From Acidobacteriota bacterium (lineage in GTDB: Bacteria; Acidobacteriota; UBA4820; DSQY01), in assembly GCA_049967655.1 (NCBI GenBank), contig JBMFSH010000029.1, positions 1-35,629 of the forward strand: 35,629 nucleotides of DNA. The letters run 5' to 3'. The notes under the pieces were generated by a model. It had not been told where the DNA came from. It saw only the letters and a list, made by a program, of their open reading frames with translations, and made no database searches. A program made the position numbers and the translations under genes. Positions 9,796-19,960 of this stretch are shown here, one piece after another; position 1 is the stretch's first letter, and each line of letters begins with the position of its first letter.

Positions 9796-11279
9796 ATGGG
9801 CAAGACGACGGGCTTCCTTGACCACGACCGTGAGCTTCCCGAGGACCGGCCGCCGGAAGAGCGGGGCAAGGACTGGTTGGAGTTCCACCCGCCCGTTCCG
9901 GAGGAGCTCCTGCGCCGGCAGGCCTCCCGCTGCATGGACTGCGGCACACCTTACTGCCACACGGGGACGCTCATGGGTGGGCTGGCCTCCGGGTGCCCCC
10001 TCAACAATCTCATCGCCGACTGGAACGACCTCGTCTACCGGGGCCAGTGGCAGCGTGTCCTGCGGCGCCTGCTGAAGACGAACAACTTCCCGGAGTTCAC
10101 GGGCCGCGTCTGTCCTGCGCCGTGCGAGGGCTCTTGCACCGTGGCGCTGAACGGGAAGGCCGTGGCCATCAAGGCCATCGAAGGAGCCATCGTGGACCGC
10201 GCCTTCGAGGAGGGGTGGATCGGTCCCGAGCCGCCCGCCCTCCTCACGGGCAAGCGCGTCGCCATCGTGGGCTCAGGGCCCGCGGGGCTGGCCTGCGCGG
10301 CCCAGCTCAACCGCGCAGGCCACACCGTGACCGTTTTCGAGCGGGCGGACCGCCCGGGCGGCCTGCTCATGTACGGCATCCCGAACATGAAGCTGGACAA
10401 GCGCCTCGTGGACCGCCGCGTGAGCCTCTTGGCGCGCAACGGGATCCGCTTCGTCGCCGGAGTGGAGGTGGGGCGAGAGGTCCCTTCCGAATCGCTGCTC
10501 ACCGACTTCGATGCCGCCGTGCTCTGCTGCGGCGCCGCCCAGGCGCGGGAGCTGGAGGTGGGGGGCCGGCGCCTGCCCGGTGTCCACCTGGCCATGGAGT
10601 ACCTGGAGGCCAGCACGCGGAGCCTTCTGGGTCCAGGCGGCGCCCAGGAGCCAAGAACTTCGGCCCGCGGCAGAAATGTGGTGGTGATCGGCGGCGGGGA
10701 CACGGGACCGACTGCGTGGGAACCGCCCTGCGGCAAGGGGCCCGATCGGTGGTCCAACTGGAGATCCTGCCCAGGCCGCCCCTGACGAGGGCCGCCAACA
10801 ACCCGTGGCCCCAGTGGCCCAAGGTGAGCAGCCTGGACTACGGTCAGGAGGAGGCCGCGGTGCTCCAGGGCGTGGACCCTCGGAAGTTCTCCGTCTTGAC
10901 GCGGCGCTTCGAGGGGGACGGACGGGGCGTGACCGGCGTGCGCGCGGCGGATCTGCGGTGGCGGCGGAATGCCGAAGGGCGCATGCAGCACGAGGAGCTC
11001 CCAGGCACGGAGCGCGTCCTGCCCGCCGAGCTCGTTCTTCTCGCCCTCGGCTTCGTGGGGCCTGAACTCCGGGGACCCATCATGGACCTGGGGCTGAAGC
11101 TGGACGGCCGCGGCAACCTGCTCACGGGAGGCCAGCGGATGACGAGCGTTCCGGGCGTCTTCGCAGCGGGGGACATGGTCCGCGGGCAGTCCCTTGTCGT
11201 CTGGGCCATCCACGACGGCCGGAACACCGCCCGCAGCGTGGACCGCTACCTCATGTACGGCAAGACCTACCTGTCTTGA
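9796..11279 (+). pseudogene. gltD: Glutamate synthase small subunit, frameshifted near 10707
   Basis: [36 protein letters not shown] and GSGPAG. After VIGGGDTG the sequence continues as [12 protein letters not shown] in a different frame. C-terminal [16 protein letters not shown]. Confidence 0.9.
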
Positions 11280-11555
11280 GCGGGAGCCTCACCCTCCTCC
11301 GCTTCGCTCGGGGAGGCAACCCCTCAGCGGGAGACCTGGCGCTCGCTCGGACACGGCGGCTCCGCGGAGTGAGTAGGGGCCCTCCTCGCTTCGCCGGAAG
11401 GCGGGCGGGGCGTCAGGGAGCGAGGTCGAGCAGGGCGAGGAGGGCGGGGGTTTTCGGACTGGCCGACACGCAGGACGCCCCGAGGGAAGGCCGGACAGGC
11501 CCCCCCGTCGGGGTGTCGCGCGGTGCTGGGCCTCGGTCGCCGAAATATCGGTATC

Positions 11556-13730
11556 TCAGCGCGCCTCCTGCTTCTTGGCGCCGGGCAGCGGCTGGTAGGT
11601 CACGCCCAGCGCGTGGAAGAGGAAGGCGTAGACGTCGGTCTCCTGGCCGATGCGCTGGGAGAGCGACAGGTCGATGCCGTGGCCGCTCTTGCTGCTCGTG
11701 CGCAGGAGGATGGGGGTCTTGGCCGCGTTGGCGGCCTGGAGGCGCGCCACCATCTTGCGCGACTGCATGGGATCCACGCGGGGGTCGTTGGCGCCCGTGA
11801 GGAACAGACAGGCCGGGTAGGCCGTGCCGTCCTTCACACGGTAGTAGGGCGAGTAGGCGTAGAGCGCCTTGAAGTCGGCCTCGTTCTTCACCGTCCCGAA
11901 TTCGGTGACGTTGAAGGAGCCGTTGGGGCTCAGCTCCACGCGGAGCATGTCGTAGATGCCCACGAAGCTCACGACGGCCTTGAAGAGGTGGGGATGCTGG
12001 GTCAGCTCGGCGCCCATGAGGAGACCGCCGTTGCTGCCGCCCTCGATGGCCAGCTTTTGCGGGTTCGTGTATTTCTGGGTGATGAGCGCCTCGGCGCAGG
12101 CGGCGAAGTCGTCGAAGACGTTCTGCTTCTTCGTGAGCATGCCGGCCCGGTGCCAGGCCTCGCCAAACTCGCCGCCGCCGCGCATGCTGCCCTCGGCCCA
12201 CACGCCGCCTTGGTCGAGCCAGAGGCGTGTCAGGGGGGAAAAGCGGGGAGTCATGGAGATGCCAAAGCCGCCGTACCCCGTGAGAAGGGTGGGATTCTGG
12301 CCGTTCAACCGCGTCCCCTTCCGCATGAGGATGGTCAGGGGCACGCGCGTGCCGTCCTTGGAGACGGCCACGGTGCGGATCACCTCGGTGTCCGAGTAAT
12401 CGGCGGGAGAGGTTTCGCGTAGGGCCGTCTCGGTCACCTTGCCCGTGGCTGGGGCGTATCGGTACCAGGCGGGGGGTGTCACGTAGCTCTGGTCGCGGAA
12501 GCAGAGATCGCCCCCCACGGCGAGCATCTCGCTCACGGCGCTCACGGGCGGCACGGCCACCTCGCCGAGGCTCTTTCCCGCCATGTCGTAGACGCGGATC
12601 GTGGAGGGACCGCCCACCATCTCGTTCACGAAGAGGCGGGCGCCCACGGGCGTGAAGGATTCCACCACCGCGGTCTTGGATTCGGGCACCACGACCTTGG
12701 CCCGGGCGAGCACGGGCTCTGCGCACGAGAGCCGCAGCACCTTGCCCATGGGGGAGCCCTTCAGGGAGAGCAGGAACAGGGTGCCCTTGGGGCCGAACTC
12801 CGCCGCCGTGACCTTGTCCGCAAAGGCCGCCACCGGCTTCCAGCCCCCGGACGGCCCAAGGAGGTAGAAGGCGAACTGGCCGCCGTCCCCGTTGGCCACC
12901 GTCGCGAGGATGTACCTGCCGTCCTCGCTGCTCTTCAGGGTCGTCTCCGCGATGCGCGGCCAGCCCTTGCCTACGGCGTAGACGTCCTTCTCCGTAGGGG
13001 TGCCAAGCTTGTGGAAGTAGACCTCTTGGTAGAAGTTCATGTCCTGAGGCGACCGCTCCTTGCCGCGAGGGTAGCGGGTGTAGTAGAAGCCGCTACCGTC
13101 CTTGTTCCACGCCAGGCCGCCGCCGGCCGTTCCCTCGTTCACCCGAGGAATGGGTTCGTAGAGCTCCTTGCCCGTTGCGACGTCGTAGACGTGCACGGTC
13201 CCGTCCTCGCTCCCGCCCACCGAGAGGGAGACGGCCACGAGCTTGGCATCGGGCGACGGGACGTACCAGTCGATAGCGGTGATGCCCCGCGGGTCGATGG
13301 CGTTAGGGTCCACCACGGACTTGGCGGCGGGGTCGTCAAGCGACTTGAGCGTGACCAGGAGGGGCTGCTGCTTCGGGGGCTGGCGTTTCATGGCGAAGAG
13401 GAGGCCGTGCACCTCGCGCAGGTCAAAATAGCTGGGCGAGGCGCCGCCGAGGAGCTCCTCCAGACGGCCCCGGATCTCGGTCCTGTAGGGAAGAGCATCC
13501 AGGAACTTCTCAGCGCAGGCGTTCTGGGCATCGCTCCAGGCCCTCACGGCGGGGTCCGCCCAGTTCTCCAGCCAGCGGTAGTCTTCCGTCACCTTCACTC
13601 CGAAGAAGGTGGAGGTGACGGGCTTCTTGGGCGTGGGCGGCGGGCACTGGGCCGCGCCCGCGGCGGCCAGCGCGGCAGGGGCCATGCAGGCCAGCAGGAG
13701 TGTGGCGACCGTGAAAGAAAGGTGCTTCAT
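11556..13730 (-). CDS. Secreted prolyl oligopeptidase (peptidase S9A)
   Basis: Start at MKHLSF with a GGAGAG RBS and a signal-peptide-like N-terminus. EDYRWLE, beta-propeller region, GYGGF, RGGGEFG, catalytic GGSNGG, NDPRV and SGHG. Confidence 0.93.
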   Translation of the reverse strand: MKHLSFTVATLLLACMAPAALAAAGAAQCPPPTPKKPVTSTFFGVKVTEDYRWLENWADPAVRAWSDAQNACAEKFLDALPYRTEIRGRLEELLGGASPSYFDLREVHGLLFAMKRQPPKQQPLLVTLKSLDDPAAKSVVDPNAIDPRGITAIDWYVPSPDAKLVAVSLSVGGSEDGTVHVYDVATGKELYEPIPRVNEGTAGGGLAWNKDGSGFYYTRYPRGKERSPQDMNFYQEVYFHKLGTPTEKDVYAVGKGWPRIAETTLKSSEDGRYILATVANGDGGQFAFYLLGPSGGWKPVAAFADKVTAAEFGPKGTLFLLSLKGSPMGKVLRLSCAEPVLARAKVVVPESKTAVVESFTPVGARLFVNEMVGGPSTIRVYDMAGKSLGEVAVPPVSAVSEMLAVGGDLCFRDQSYVTPPAWYRYAPATGKVTETALRETSPADYSDTEVIRTVAVSKDGTRVPLTILMRKGTRLNGQNPTLLTGYGGFGISMTPRFSPLTRLWLDQGGVWAEGSMRGGGEFGEAWHRAGMLTKKQNVFDDFAACAEALITQKYTNPQKLAIEGGSNGGLLMGAELTQHPHLFKAVVSFVGIYDMLRVELSPNGSFNVTEFGTVKNEADFKALYAYSPYYRVKDGTAYPACLFLTGANDPRVDPMQSRKMVARLQAANAAKTPILLRTSSKSGHGIDLSLSQRIGQETDVYAFLFHALGVTYQPLPGAKKQEAR

Positions 13731-14223
13731 GAAGGGCTCTCCCTGATCAGCGGCCGCCTCCGGGCCCGCGCACCGGACCGGCAGGCGGCCGTCCGCTGTC
13801 GTCCCGATTCTACTGCAAGCAGCCCCTGGAAGGAGAGCCCACCGGCGCCGTGCGCCCGAAAGAAATGAAAGGTTCCGGACCATGGCTGTCCAAAATAAGT
13901 TCAGCTCGCACTGGTGCGGTCTGCCTTCCGGAGCGAAGCGAAGGGCGTCTGGAGGCACGCGACGGAAAGGGCGGACTCGCGGCGAGGCGGAAGGTGCGGT
14001 GGCGGATGGCCGCCTAAAGGAGGCGCCCGCGCTTGATGGTCTGCGAGGCGAGGGAATGGGCCAGCCCGTGGCGCGTTTTGCCTAACAGGAGCGGAGGGGA
14101 GTGGGGTTAAGGAGTGATGAGGCAGACGGGCAGGGAGAGGGGCCCTGAGGCCTCTTCCCCGCGACCGTATGGCAGTTTAGAGTGGGGGAGGGGTGCCAGG
14201 GACGGTACAGGCGAGGAGGGCGC

Positions 14224-15126
14224 ATGCCCTATGAGAAGGACTTCTTCAAGGATCTGCTGGACAACTTGTCGGACGGGGTCTACTTCGTGGACCGCGAGCG
14301 GCGCATCCTTTACTGGAACCGCGGCGCCGAGCGCATCACCGGCTACCGGGCCGAAGAGGTGGTGGGCCGGCTCTGCTTCGACAACATCCTCATGCACGTG
14401 TCCCCGGACGGTTGCGCTCTTTGCCAAGGGCTCTGCCCGCTCGCACGCACCATCCAGGACGGCAAGGCGAGGGAGAACGAGGTGTTCCTGCACCACAGGG
14501 ACGGCCACAGGGTACCCGTTCTCGTCCGCATCTCTCCCTTGCGGGACGAAGACGGGACCATGGTTGGGGCCGTGGAGGTCTTCAGCGACAACTCATCGAA
14601 GGTGTCGGCCCTGCGAAAAATCGAGGAGCTTGAGGAGGTCGCCCTCCTGGATCCCCTCACGCAGCTCGGGAACCGCCGCTACTGCGAGATCACCCTCACC
14701 GACAAGTTCGCCGAGATGGGCCGCTTCGGGTGGTCCTTCGGCGTTCTGTTCATGGACATCGACAACTTCAAGTCGGTGAACGACCGTTTTGGCCACGACG
14801 TTGGGGACGAGACCCTGCGCATCGTCGCCAAAACCCTGCTCACCAATACGCGCACCATGGACTTCATCGGCCGCTGGGGCGGCGAAGAGTTCCTTGCGGT
14901 CATTCTCAACGTGGATGCCGGCAAACTCGTACAGATCGGCGAGCGGTTCAGGATGCTCGTGGCTCAGAGCAGCCTCAGCCTCTCGGCCCACCGAGTCTGC
15001 GTGACCATCTCCACTGGGGCCACCCTCGCCGGATCCGACGACACCCTGGAGTCCCTGATGCGCCGGGCTGACCTCCTGATGTACCGCAGCAAGGCCCAGG
15101 GCCGCGACCGCGTCAACTACGGCTGA
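14224..15126 (+). CDS. PAS-domain diguanylate cyclase
   Basis: GAGGAGG RBS before ATG 14224. PAS domain (YWNRGAERITGY), DPLTQLGNRR, DIDNFKSVND, I-site RTMD and active-site GGEEF. Confidence 0.92.
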   Translation: MPYEKDFFKDLLDNLSDGVYFVDRERRILYWNRGAERITGYRAEEVVGRLCFDNILMHVSPDGCALCQGLCPLARTIQDGKARENEVFLHHRDGHRVPVLVRISPLRDEDGTMVGAVEVFSDNSSKVSALRKIEELEEVALLDPLTQLGNRRYCEITLTDKFAEMGRFGWSFGVLFMDIDNFKSVNDRFGHDVGDETLRIVAKTLLTNTRTMDFIGRWGGEEFLAVILNVDAGKLVQIGERFRMLVAQSSLSLSAHRVCVTISTGATLAGSDDTLESLMRRADLLMYRSKAQGRDRVNYG

Positions 15127-15404
15127 CGCGCGCCGGCGCCCCGGCCGTTCCCTGTTATCTTCCACTTGAACACGGCTTTTGCGGCGCCTGGAAAGTGGGA
15201 AGTGGTGGGCAGCGAGAGCAGGGCTGACGAGGGAGGCCCTATCGAGCGTCCATCCGGAAATGGCCATTGCCGCGTGGAGGGGGAGAGGAGGAATAATCCC
15301 ACCCAGATTCAAGGCTTGGAGGGCGCTCCACTCTCCACCCCCACCGTCCCCATCCGGTATTTCCGAGTGGGCACTATCTAGGCCGCCGGGGGCCCTCGGC
15401 GCTC

Positions 15405-18368
15405 TTACGTGCCGTCCGCCAAGCACACGCGGTTGCGGCCCTCGCGCTTGGCGCGGTAGAGGGCGGCGTCGGCGGCGGCTACGAGATCTTCGGGCCTGCT
15501 TTCCCTCTCCGATCCCCTGATGGCCACGCCGATGCTGATGGTGACGTAGGGCGAGACGCCCGAGACTCCGGTGGGAATGGCCAGGGCCTCGACGCGGGCC
15601 CTCAGGCGCTCGGCCACCTCGGCCGCTCCGGAGAGGTCGTGGGCGGGCAGGATGGCCACGAACTCCTCCCCGCCGTATCTCGCCAGAAGATCGCCGGCGC
15701 GTTGGAGCGCCCCCGCCATGGCTTCGGCCACCTGTTTGAGACAGAGGTCGCCCTTTTGGTGGCCGTAGGCGTCGTTGTAAGGCTTGAAGTGATCGATGTC
15801 GGCCATGAGGAGGGCCAGGGGCGCGCCGGCACGCGCGGCGCGGCGCCACTCCACGTCCAGCATCTCCTCGAAGCGGCGCCGGTTGGCCACGCCGGTGAGG
15901 TCGTCCCGGTTGGAAAGCTCCTTCAGTTGAGCGTTGACCGATTCGAGCTGTCGGCCTCGGTCCACCAGGGCCTCGTTGACCTTGGCGAGCTGTGAGGTTC
16001 GCTCCTCCACGAGCCGGGTCAGGGCCGCCTCGCGCCGCGCCGAGGCCTTGAGCCTTAGCGTGACCGCGCCGTAGGCGGCCGCCCCGGCGAAGAGGACGCA
16101 CAGCAGGACGAACCACCATGTTTGGTAGAAGTAGGGGAGCTGCTCGAACGCGAAGCTGTCGCCCTTTTCGTTCCAAAAGCCGTCGTTGTTGCAGGCGATC
16201 ACCTGGAAGACGTAGCGGCCCGGAGGCAGCCCGGTATAGACCGCCTCGCGGTGGGTGCCCGCGTGGATCCAGTCGCTGTCGTACCCGATGAGGCGGTAGC
16301 GAAAGCGCTCCTTCTCCGGCGCGACGAGGCTGAGCGCCGTATAGAGAAATTCGACGCGGTGCCTGCCGGGCGCCAACTGCAGGTCGCTCTTGAGGGGAAC
16401 GGACCGGCCGTCCACCCGCATCTCCTCGATGACCACAGGGGGCGGCTGCCTGTTCAAGCGGATCGCCCTCGGGTTGAGCACCGCCAGCCCGCGGACCGTG
16501 GGGAAGCAGAGCCATCCCCCGCGGGTGCGGCAGCCAGCGGGCTGGAGGCCGCCGTTGCACTCGCTGCTCCCCATGCCGTCCGAGCGGCCGTAGGCATCGC
16601 AGTGGACCTGGGCGGCCCTGCCGTCGGCCACGGCGTCGAGTTCGCTCTTGAGGACGCTGAAGACTCCCTTGTTACAGCTCATCCAGAAGCGGCCGGCGCC
16701 GTCATCCAAAATCACGAAAACGGTGTCGCTGAAGAGGCCCTGCTTGCGGGTGACGTTGGCGAAGCGGCCATTTTTTAGTCGGCTGAGCCCCTCGGTGGTG
16801 CCGATCCACAGGGTTCCGTCCGCCTCCTGGTGGAGGGAGAGCACGCTGTTGCCGGCCAGGCCCTGCCGCGAGGTGTAGGCGGTGAATTTGCCATCCTTGT
16901 AGTAGTCCAGCCCGCCCGTGTCGGTGCCCATCCAGATGCCCCCGCCGCGATCTTCGAGGAGGCAGTCCACGGACTGCCCGGAGAGTCCATCCTTCTTCTC
17001 CAGGAGTTTCGCGCGGCCGTCCCGGATGCGAAAGACGCCGTTGGCGCACCCCACCCAGAGGGTCCCTTCCCGATCCCGGAGCATGCAGGTGAAGCCCGTA
17101 TTGGCCAGCAATGGGTCCTTGGGGAGCAGGCGCGTGACGTGCCCGTCCTTCCATCCAACGATGCCGCCCGCGTCGAGGGCCAGCAGGATGGAGCCGTCCG
17201 GGTCCTCCATCAGGGTGTCCACCGTGTTGCTCGGCAACCCCTGTGCCTTGGTGAGGTTCGTGACACCCGTCTGGTTCCACCGGGAGGCTCCGCCCCCGTC
17301 GGTTCCCATCCAAAGGCTCCCGTCCTTGGCCTGGAGGACGTCCAAAACCATGTCGTTCAGCAGGCCGTTGGCCTTGGTGAGGGAGAAGAACTTGTCGTCC
17401 CTGAATCGGTTGAGGCCGTCCGCCGTGCCCACCCAGAGGTTTCCCTCCCGGTCCTCCAGGATCGAGAGGACCTGGCCGCTGGAGAGGCCATCCTGCGGGC
17501 CGTACGACTCGAAGCGACCCTGGCGGTATCGGCAGAGCCCGTTTTTGGTGCCGATCCAGAGGCAGCCCTCTTTCGGTAGAGAGAGGAGGGCGTTGACCGT
17601 GTCGTGCGGAAGGCCGTCCTTGGTCGTGAAGAGCCTGACGGAATCGTCCGGGGCGATGTGAAAGAGCCCCCGGAAGCTCCCCACCCAGACGCCGCCTCGG
17701 CCGTCGCCCGCGAGGGCGTAGTACCAGTTGTGTTCTTTCACGGGAACGGGAAAGGCTGACACCCGCCCCGACTTCCATCGCGCCAGGCCGCGGTTGGTGC
17801 CGATCCAGACCGTCCCGTCGGGCGCCTCGTAGGTGGCGTAAACAACGTTTCCAGGGAGGCCGTCGCTGGTGGTGTAGGTACGCACCGACGAGCCGTCGAG
17901 GAGGACCAGGCCGCGGTTGTCGGTGCCGAGCCACAGACGACGCTCCTCGTCCACCATGACCGACATGAACCGGTAGCCCTGCAGGGGGCGCACTCGTTCG
18001 GGAACGCTGATGGTCCCACCGCTCATTCTGAAGAGCCCGCCGCTGTCGAGGCAGAGCCACAGCCCCCCATCGGGATCCTTGCAGAGTGCGACCACGTCGC
18101 TGCCCGAGAGGATGGGCGCCCTGTCCTCGTCGTAGACGGTGAATCGCACCCCGTCGAAACGGACGAGCCCCTCCTGCGTGCCGAGCCAGATGTAGCCGCG
18201 ATCGGACTGCACCATGGCCTGGATGGAGTTCTGGGGGAGGCCGTCCTTCTCGCGCCAGACGTGATGGCCGTATTGGACGATGAGCTTGGTCGGATCCAGG
18301 GCTATGGATGGCAGGCACGAACCAACCGTGCATGCCAAAACGATCGCGAGGACCGCGCCCTTTCGCAC
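15405..18368 (-). CDS. Membrane-anchored diguanylate cyclase with extracytoplasmic two-component-regulator beta-propellers and Y_Y_Y domain
   Basis: Signal peptide, many DGL..D..G.LWIGT repeats, YTGLPPGRYVF (Y_Y_Y), a TM helix after PYFYQTWWF, a coiled coil, DDLTGVANRR, I-site RAGD and GGEEF. Confidence 0.93.
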   Translation of the reverse strand: MRKGAVLAIVLACTVGSCLPSIALDPTKLIVQYGHHVWREKDGLPQNSIQAMVQSDRGYIWLGTQEGLVRFDGVRFTVYDEDRAPILSGSDVVALCKDPDGGLWLCLDSGGLFRMSGGTISVPERVRPLQGYRFMSVMVDEERRLWLGTDNRGLVLLDGSSVRTYTTSDGLPGNVVYATYEAPDGTVWIGTNRGLARWKSGRVSAFPVPVKEHNWYYALAGDGRGGVWVGSFRGLFHIAPDDSVRLFTTKDGLPHDTVNALLSLPKEGCLWIGTKNGLCRYRQGRFESYGPQDGLSSGQVLSILEDREGNLWVGTADGLNRFRDDKFFSLTKANGLLNDMVLDVLQAKDGSLWMGTDGGGASRWNQTGVTNLTKAQGLPSNTVDTLMEDPDGSILLALDAGGIVGWKDGHVTRLLPKDPLLANTGFTCMLRDREGTLWVGCANGVFRIRDGRAKLLEKKDGLSGQSVDCLLEDRGGGIWMGTDTGGLDYYKDGKFTAYTSRQGLAGNSVLSLHQEADGTLWIGTTEGLSRLKNGRFANVTRKQGLFSDTVFVILDDGAGRFWMSCNKGVFSVLKSELDAVADGRAAQVHCDAYGRSDGMGSSECNGGLQPAGCRTRGGWLCFPTVRGLAVLNPRAIRLNRQPPPVVIEEMRVDGRSVPLKSDLQLAPGRHRVEFLYTALSLVAPEKERFRYRLIGYDSDWIHAGTHREAVYTGLPPGRYVFQVIACNNDGFWNEKGDSFAFEQLPYFYQTWWFVLLCVLFAGAAAYGAVTLRLKASARREAALTRLVEERTSQLAKVNEALVDRGRQLESVNAQLKELSNRDDLTGVANRRRFEEMLDVEWRRAARAGAPLALLMADIDHFKPYNDAYGHQKGDLCLKQVAEAMAGALQRAGDLLARYGGEEFVAILPAHDLSGAAEVAERLRARVEALAIPTGVSGVSPYVTISIGVAIRGSERESRPEDLVAAADAALYRAKREGRNRVCLADGT

Positions 18369-18500
18369 GGCATTCTCCTAGCCCCCTAACCCCCGATGAA
18401 ATAGATATTGACGGCCGCCTCAGCTCCGCGGCTCCGCAGTAGTGTAGGCTCTTCGCAGGCGGGGGCGCAAGCGAGGGATGGCGTCGGTGGCAGAGCTGGA

Positions 18501-18576
18501 GGGACGGGGGACGGGGGATAGGGGACAGGGGACACCGCCCGTTGGTTTCGGTATCTCCTCATCTCCTTATCACGTC
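18501..18576. repeat. Short tandem heptamer (GGGAYRS x5) and octamer (ATCTCCTY-like x3) repeats
   Basis: gggacgg gggacgg gggatag gggacag gggacac at 18501-18535; atctcctc atctcctt atcacgtc at 18553-18576. Confidence 0.7.
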
Positions 18577-18626
18577 GTTTCATGGGGACAGGGGAGCTCT
18601 GGTTGAAGGGGGACCGTCGAGGAGAG

Positions 18627-18968
18627 CCCGCGCCCCCTTTGCCGCGCCGCCTGGCTGTGCAAGCCTTGGTGGTTCTACAGAAGCCCCTGCGCCTTCATGA
18701 GTTCGGCGATGAGCAGGGTTCCGCCGGCGGCGTCGCGCATGAAGCGCTCCCCGAGGCGGGCCTCGGCCGGCCCTCCTCGGCGCTCCCCGGCTTTCGCCGG
18801 GGTCGCTGCTTCTCCCTGCCCTTGCGTGAGGAGCCCTCTGGGCGGGGGAACCTTCCCGTTCCCCCGCGCCCCCTTTGCCGCGCCGCCTGGCTGTGCAAGC
18901 CTTGGTGGTTCTACAGAAGCCCCTGCGCCTTCATGAGTTCGGCGATGAGCAGGGTTCCGCCGGCGGCG
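18627..18968. repeat. Perfect 106-bp direct repeat (18627-18732 and 18863-18968) containing the asd 3' end
   Basis: Identical copies at offset 236. Each includes the last ~19 asd codons, the stop and 48 bp downstream. The 130-bp spacer has GC-rich hairpins. Confidence 0.93.
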
Positions 18969-19960
18969 CCGCGGATGGTGTTGTGGACCAGGGCGGTGTA
19001 GCGGAGGCCGAGGATGGGGCAGGGCTGGAGGCGGCCGACGGTGACGGCCATGCCCCCCGAACGGTCGCGGTCGAGGAGGGGCTGGGGCCGGGCGAATCCC
19101 TCCTCCAGCGCCACCGGTCTCTCCGGCGCGGAGGGCAGGCCGAGGCCGGCCAGCGGCGAGGCGTAGGCCAGGAAGGCCTGGCGGGCCTCCTCCGGCGAAG
19201 CCGGGTTCGCCAGTTCGACGGAGACCGAGAGCAGGTGACCGTCTCGAACCGGAACGCGGTTGCACTGGGCGCTGACGGTGACGCCCGCGGGCCGAATCCA
19301 AGGCCGCTCCAGCTCCCCGAAGATCTTGGCGGGCTCTTCGCGGAGTTTGGCCTCCTCCCCGGCAATCTCCGGTAGCACGTTGTCCAGCGCCTCCAGGGAG
19401 GCGACACCCGGATGGCCGGCGCCGGAAAGGGCCTGCAAGGTCGTGACCAGAACGCGCCGCAGGCCGAAGGCGCGGCGAAGCGGTTCCAGGGAGAGGCAGA
19501 GGCCGATGGTGGAGCAGTTGGGGTTGGCCGCGACGGCGCCGCCGTATCGGGCGCGCTGCGGAGCGAGCAGGGCCAAGTGGTCGGCGTTCACCTCGGGAAT
19601 CACGAGGGGCACCTCGGGCTCCAGGCGCAGGGCGCTCGCGTTGCTGATCACCGTGAAGCCGGTGGCCCGGAAGGCGGGTTCCGCCTCAGAAGCCGTGGCC
19701 GCATCGAGGGCGGAGAAGGCGAAGTCGGCCTCGATCCCACCGGGGGCGAGTGGCCGCACCGGCATGGCCGCGGCGCGCTCGGGCACGCCCCCCGGCAGGA
19801 GCCAGCGCGCGGCCTCGCCGTAGGGCTTGCCGGCCGACCGATCGGAGGCGACGAGGGCGGCCAGCTCGAACCACGGATGATCTTCCAGGAGCTGGACGAA
19901 CCGTTGGCCCACCATGCCCGTGGCGCCCAGCAGCGCCACCTTCAGCTTCCGATCAGCCAC
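18911..19960 (-). CDS. asd: Aspartate-semialdehyde dehydrogenase (archaeal/fungal-like branch)
   Basis: LGATGMVGQRF, SNAS, PEVNADHL, catalytic NPNCST, QALSGAG, CNRVPV.DGH and HNTIRGAAG. Confidence 0.95.
   Translation of the reverse strand: MADRKLKVALLGATGMVGQRFVQLLEDHPWFELAALVASDRSAGKPYGEAARWLLPGGVPERAAAMPVRPLAPGGIEADFAFSALDAATASEAEPAFRATGFTVISNASALRLEPEVPLVIPEVNADHLALLAPQRARYGGAVAANPNCSTIGLCLSLEPLRRAFGLRRVLVTTLQALSGAGHPGVASLEALDNVLPEIAGEEAKLREEPAKIFGELERPWIRPAGVTVSAQCNRVPVRDGHLLSVSVELANPASPEEARQAFLAYASPLAGLGLPSAPERPVALEEGFARPQPLLDRDRSGGMAVTVGRLQPCPILGLRYTALVHNTIRGAAGGTLLIAELMKAQGLL

Noticed and set aside
10695..10720. Programmed frameshift in gltD
   Set aside because: No slippery heptamer, and the partner gltB is a pseudogene; a simple 1-bp loss or sequencing error is more likely.
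13960..14100. c-di-GMP riboswitch upstream of the PAS-GGDEF gene
   Set aside because: The GEMM motif (GGCAAAC...GAAA...GACGCAAAGC) is not present.
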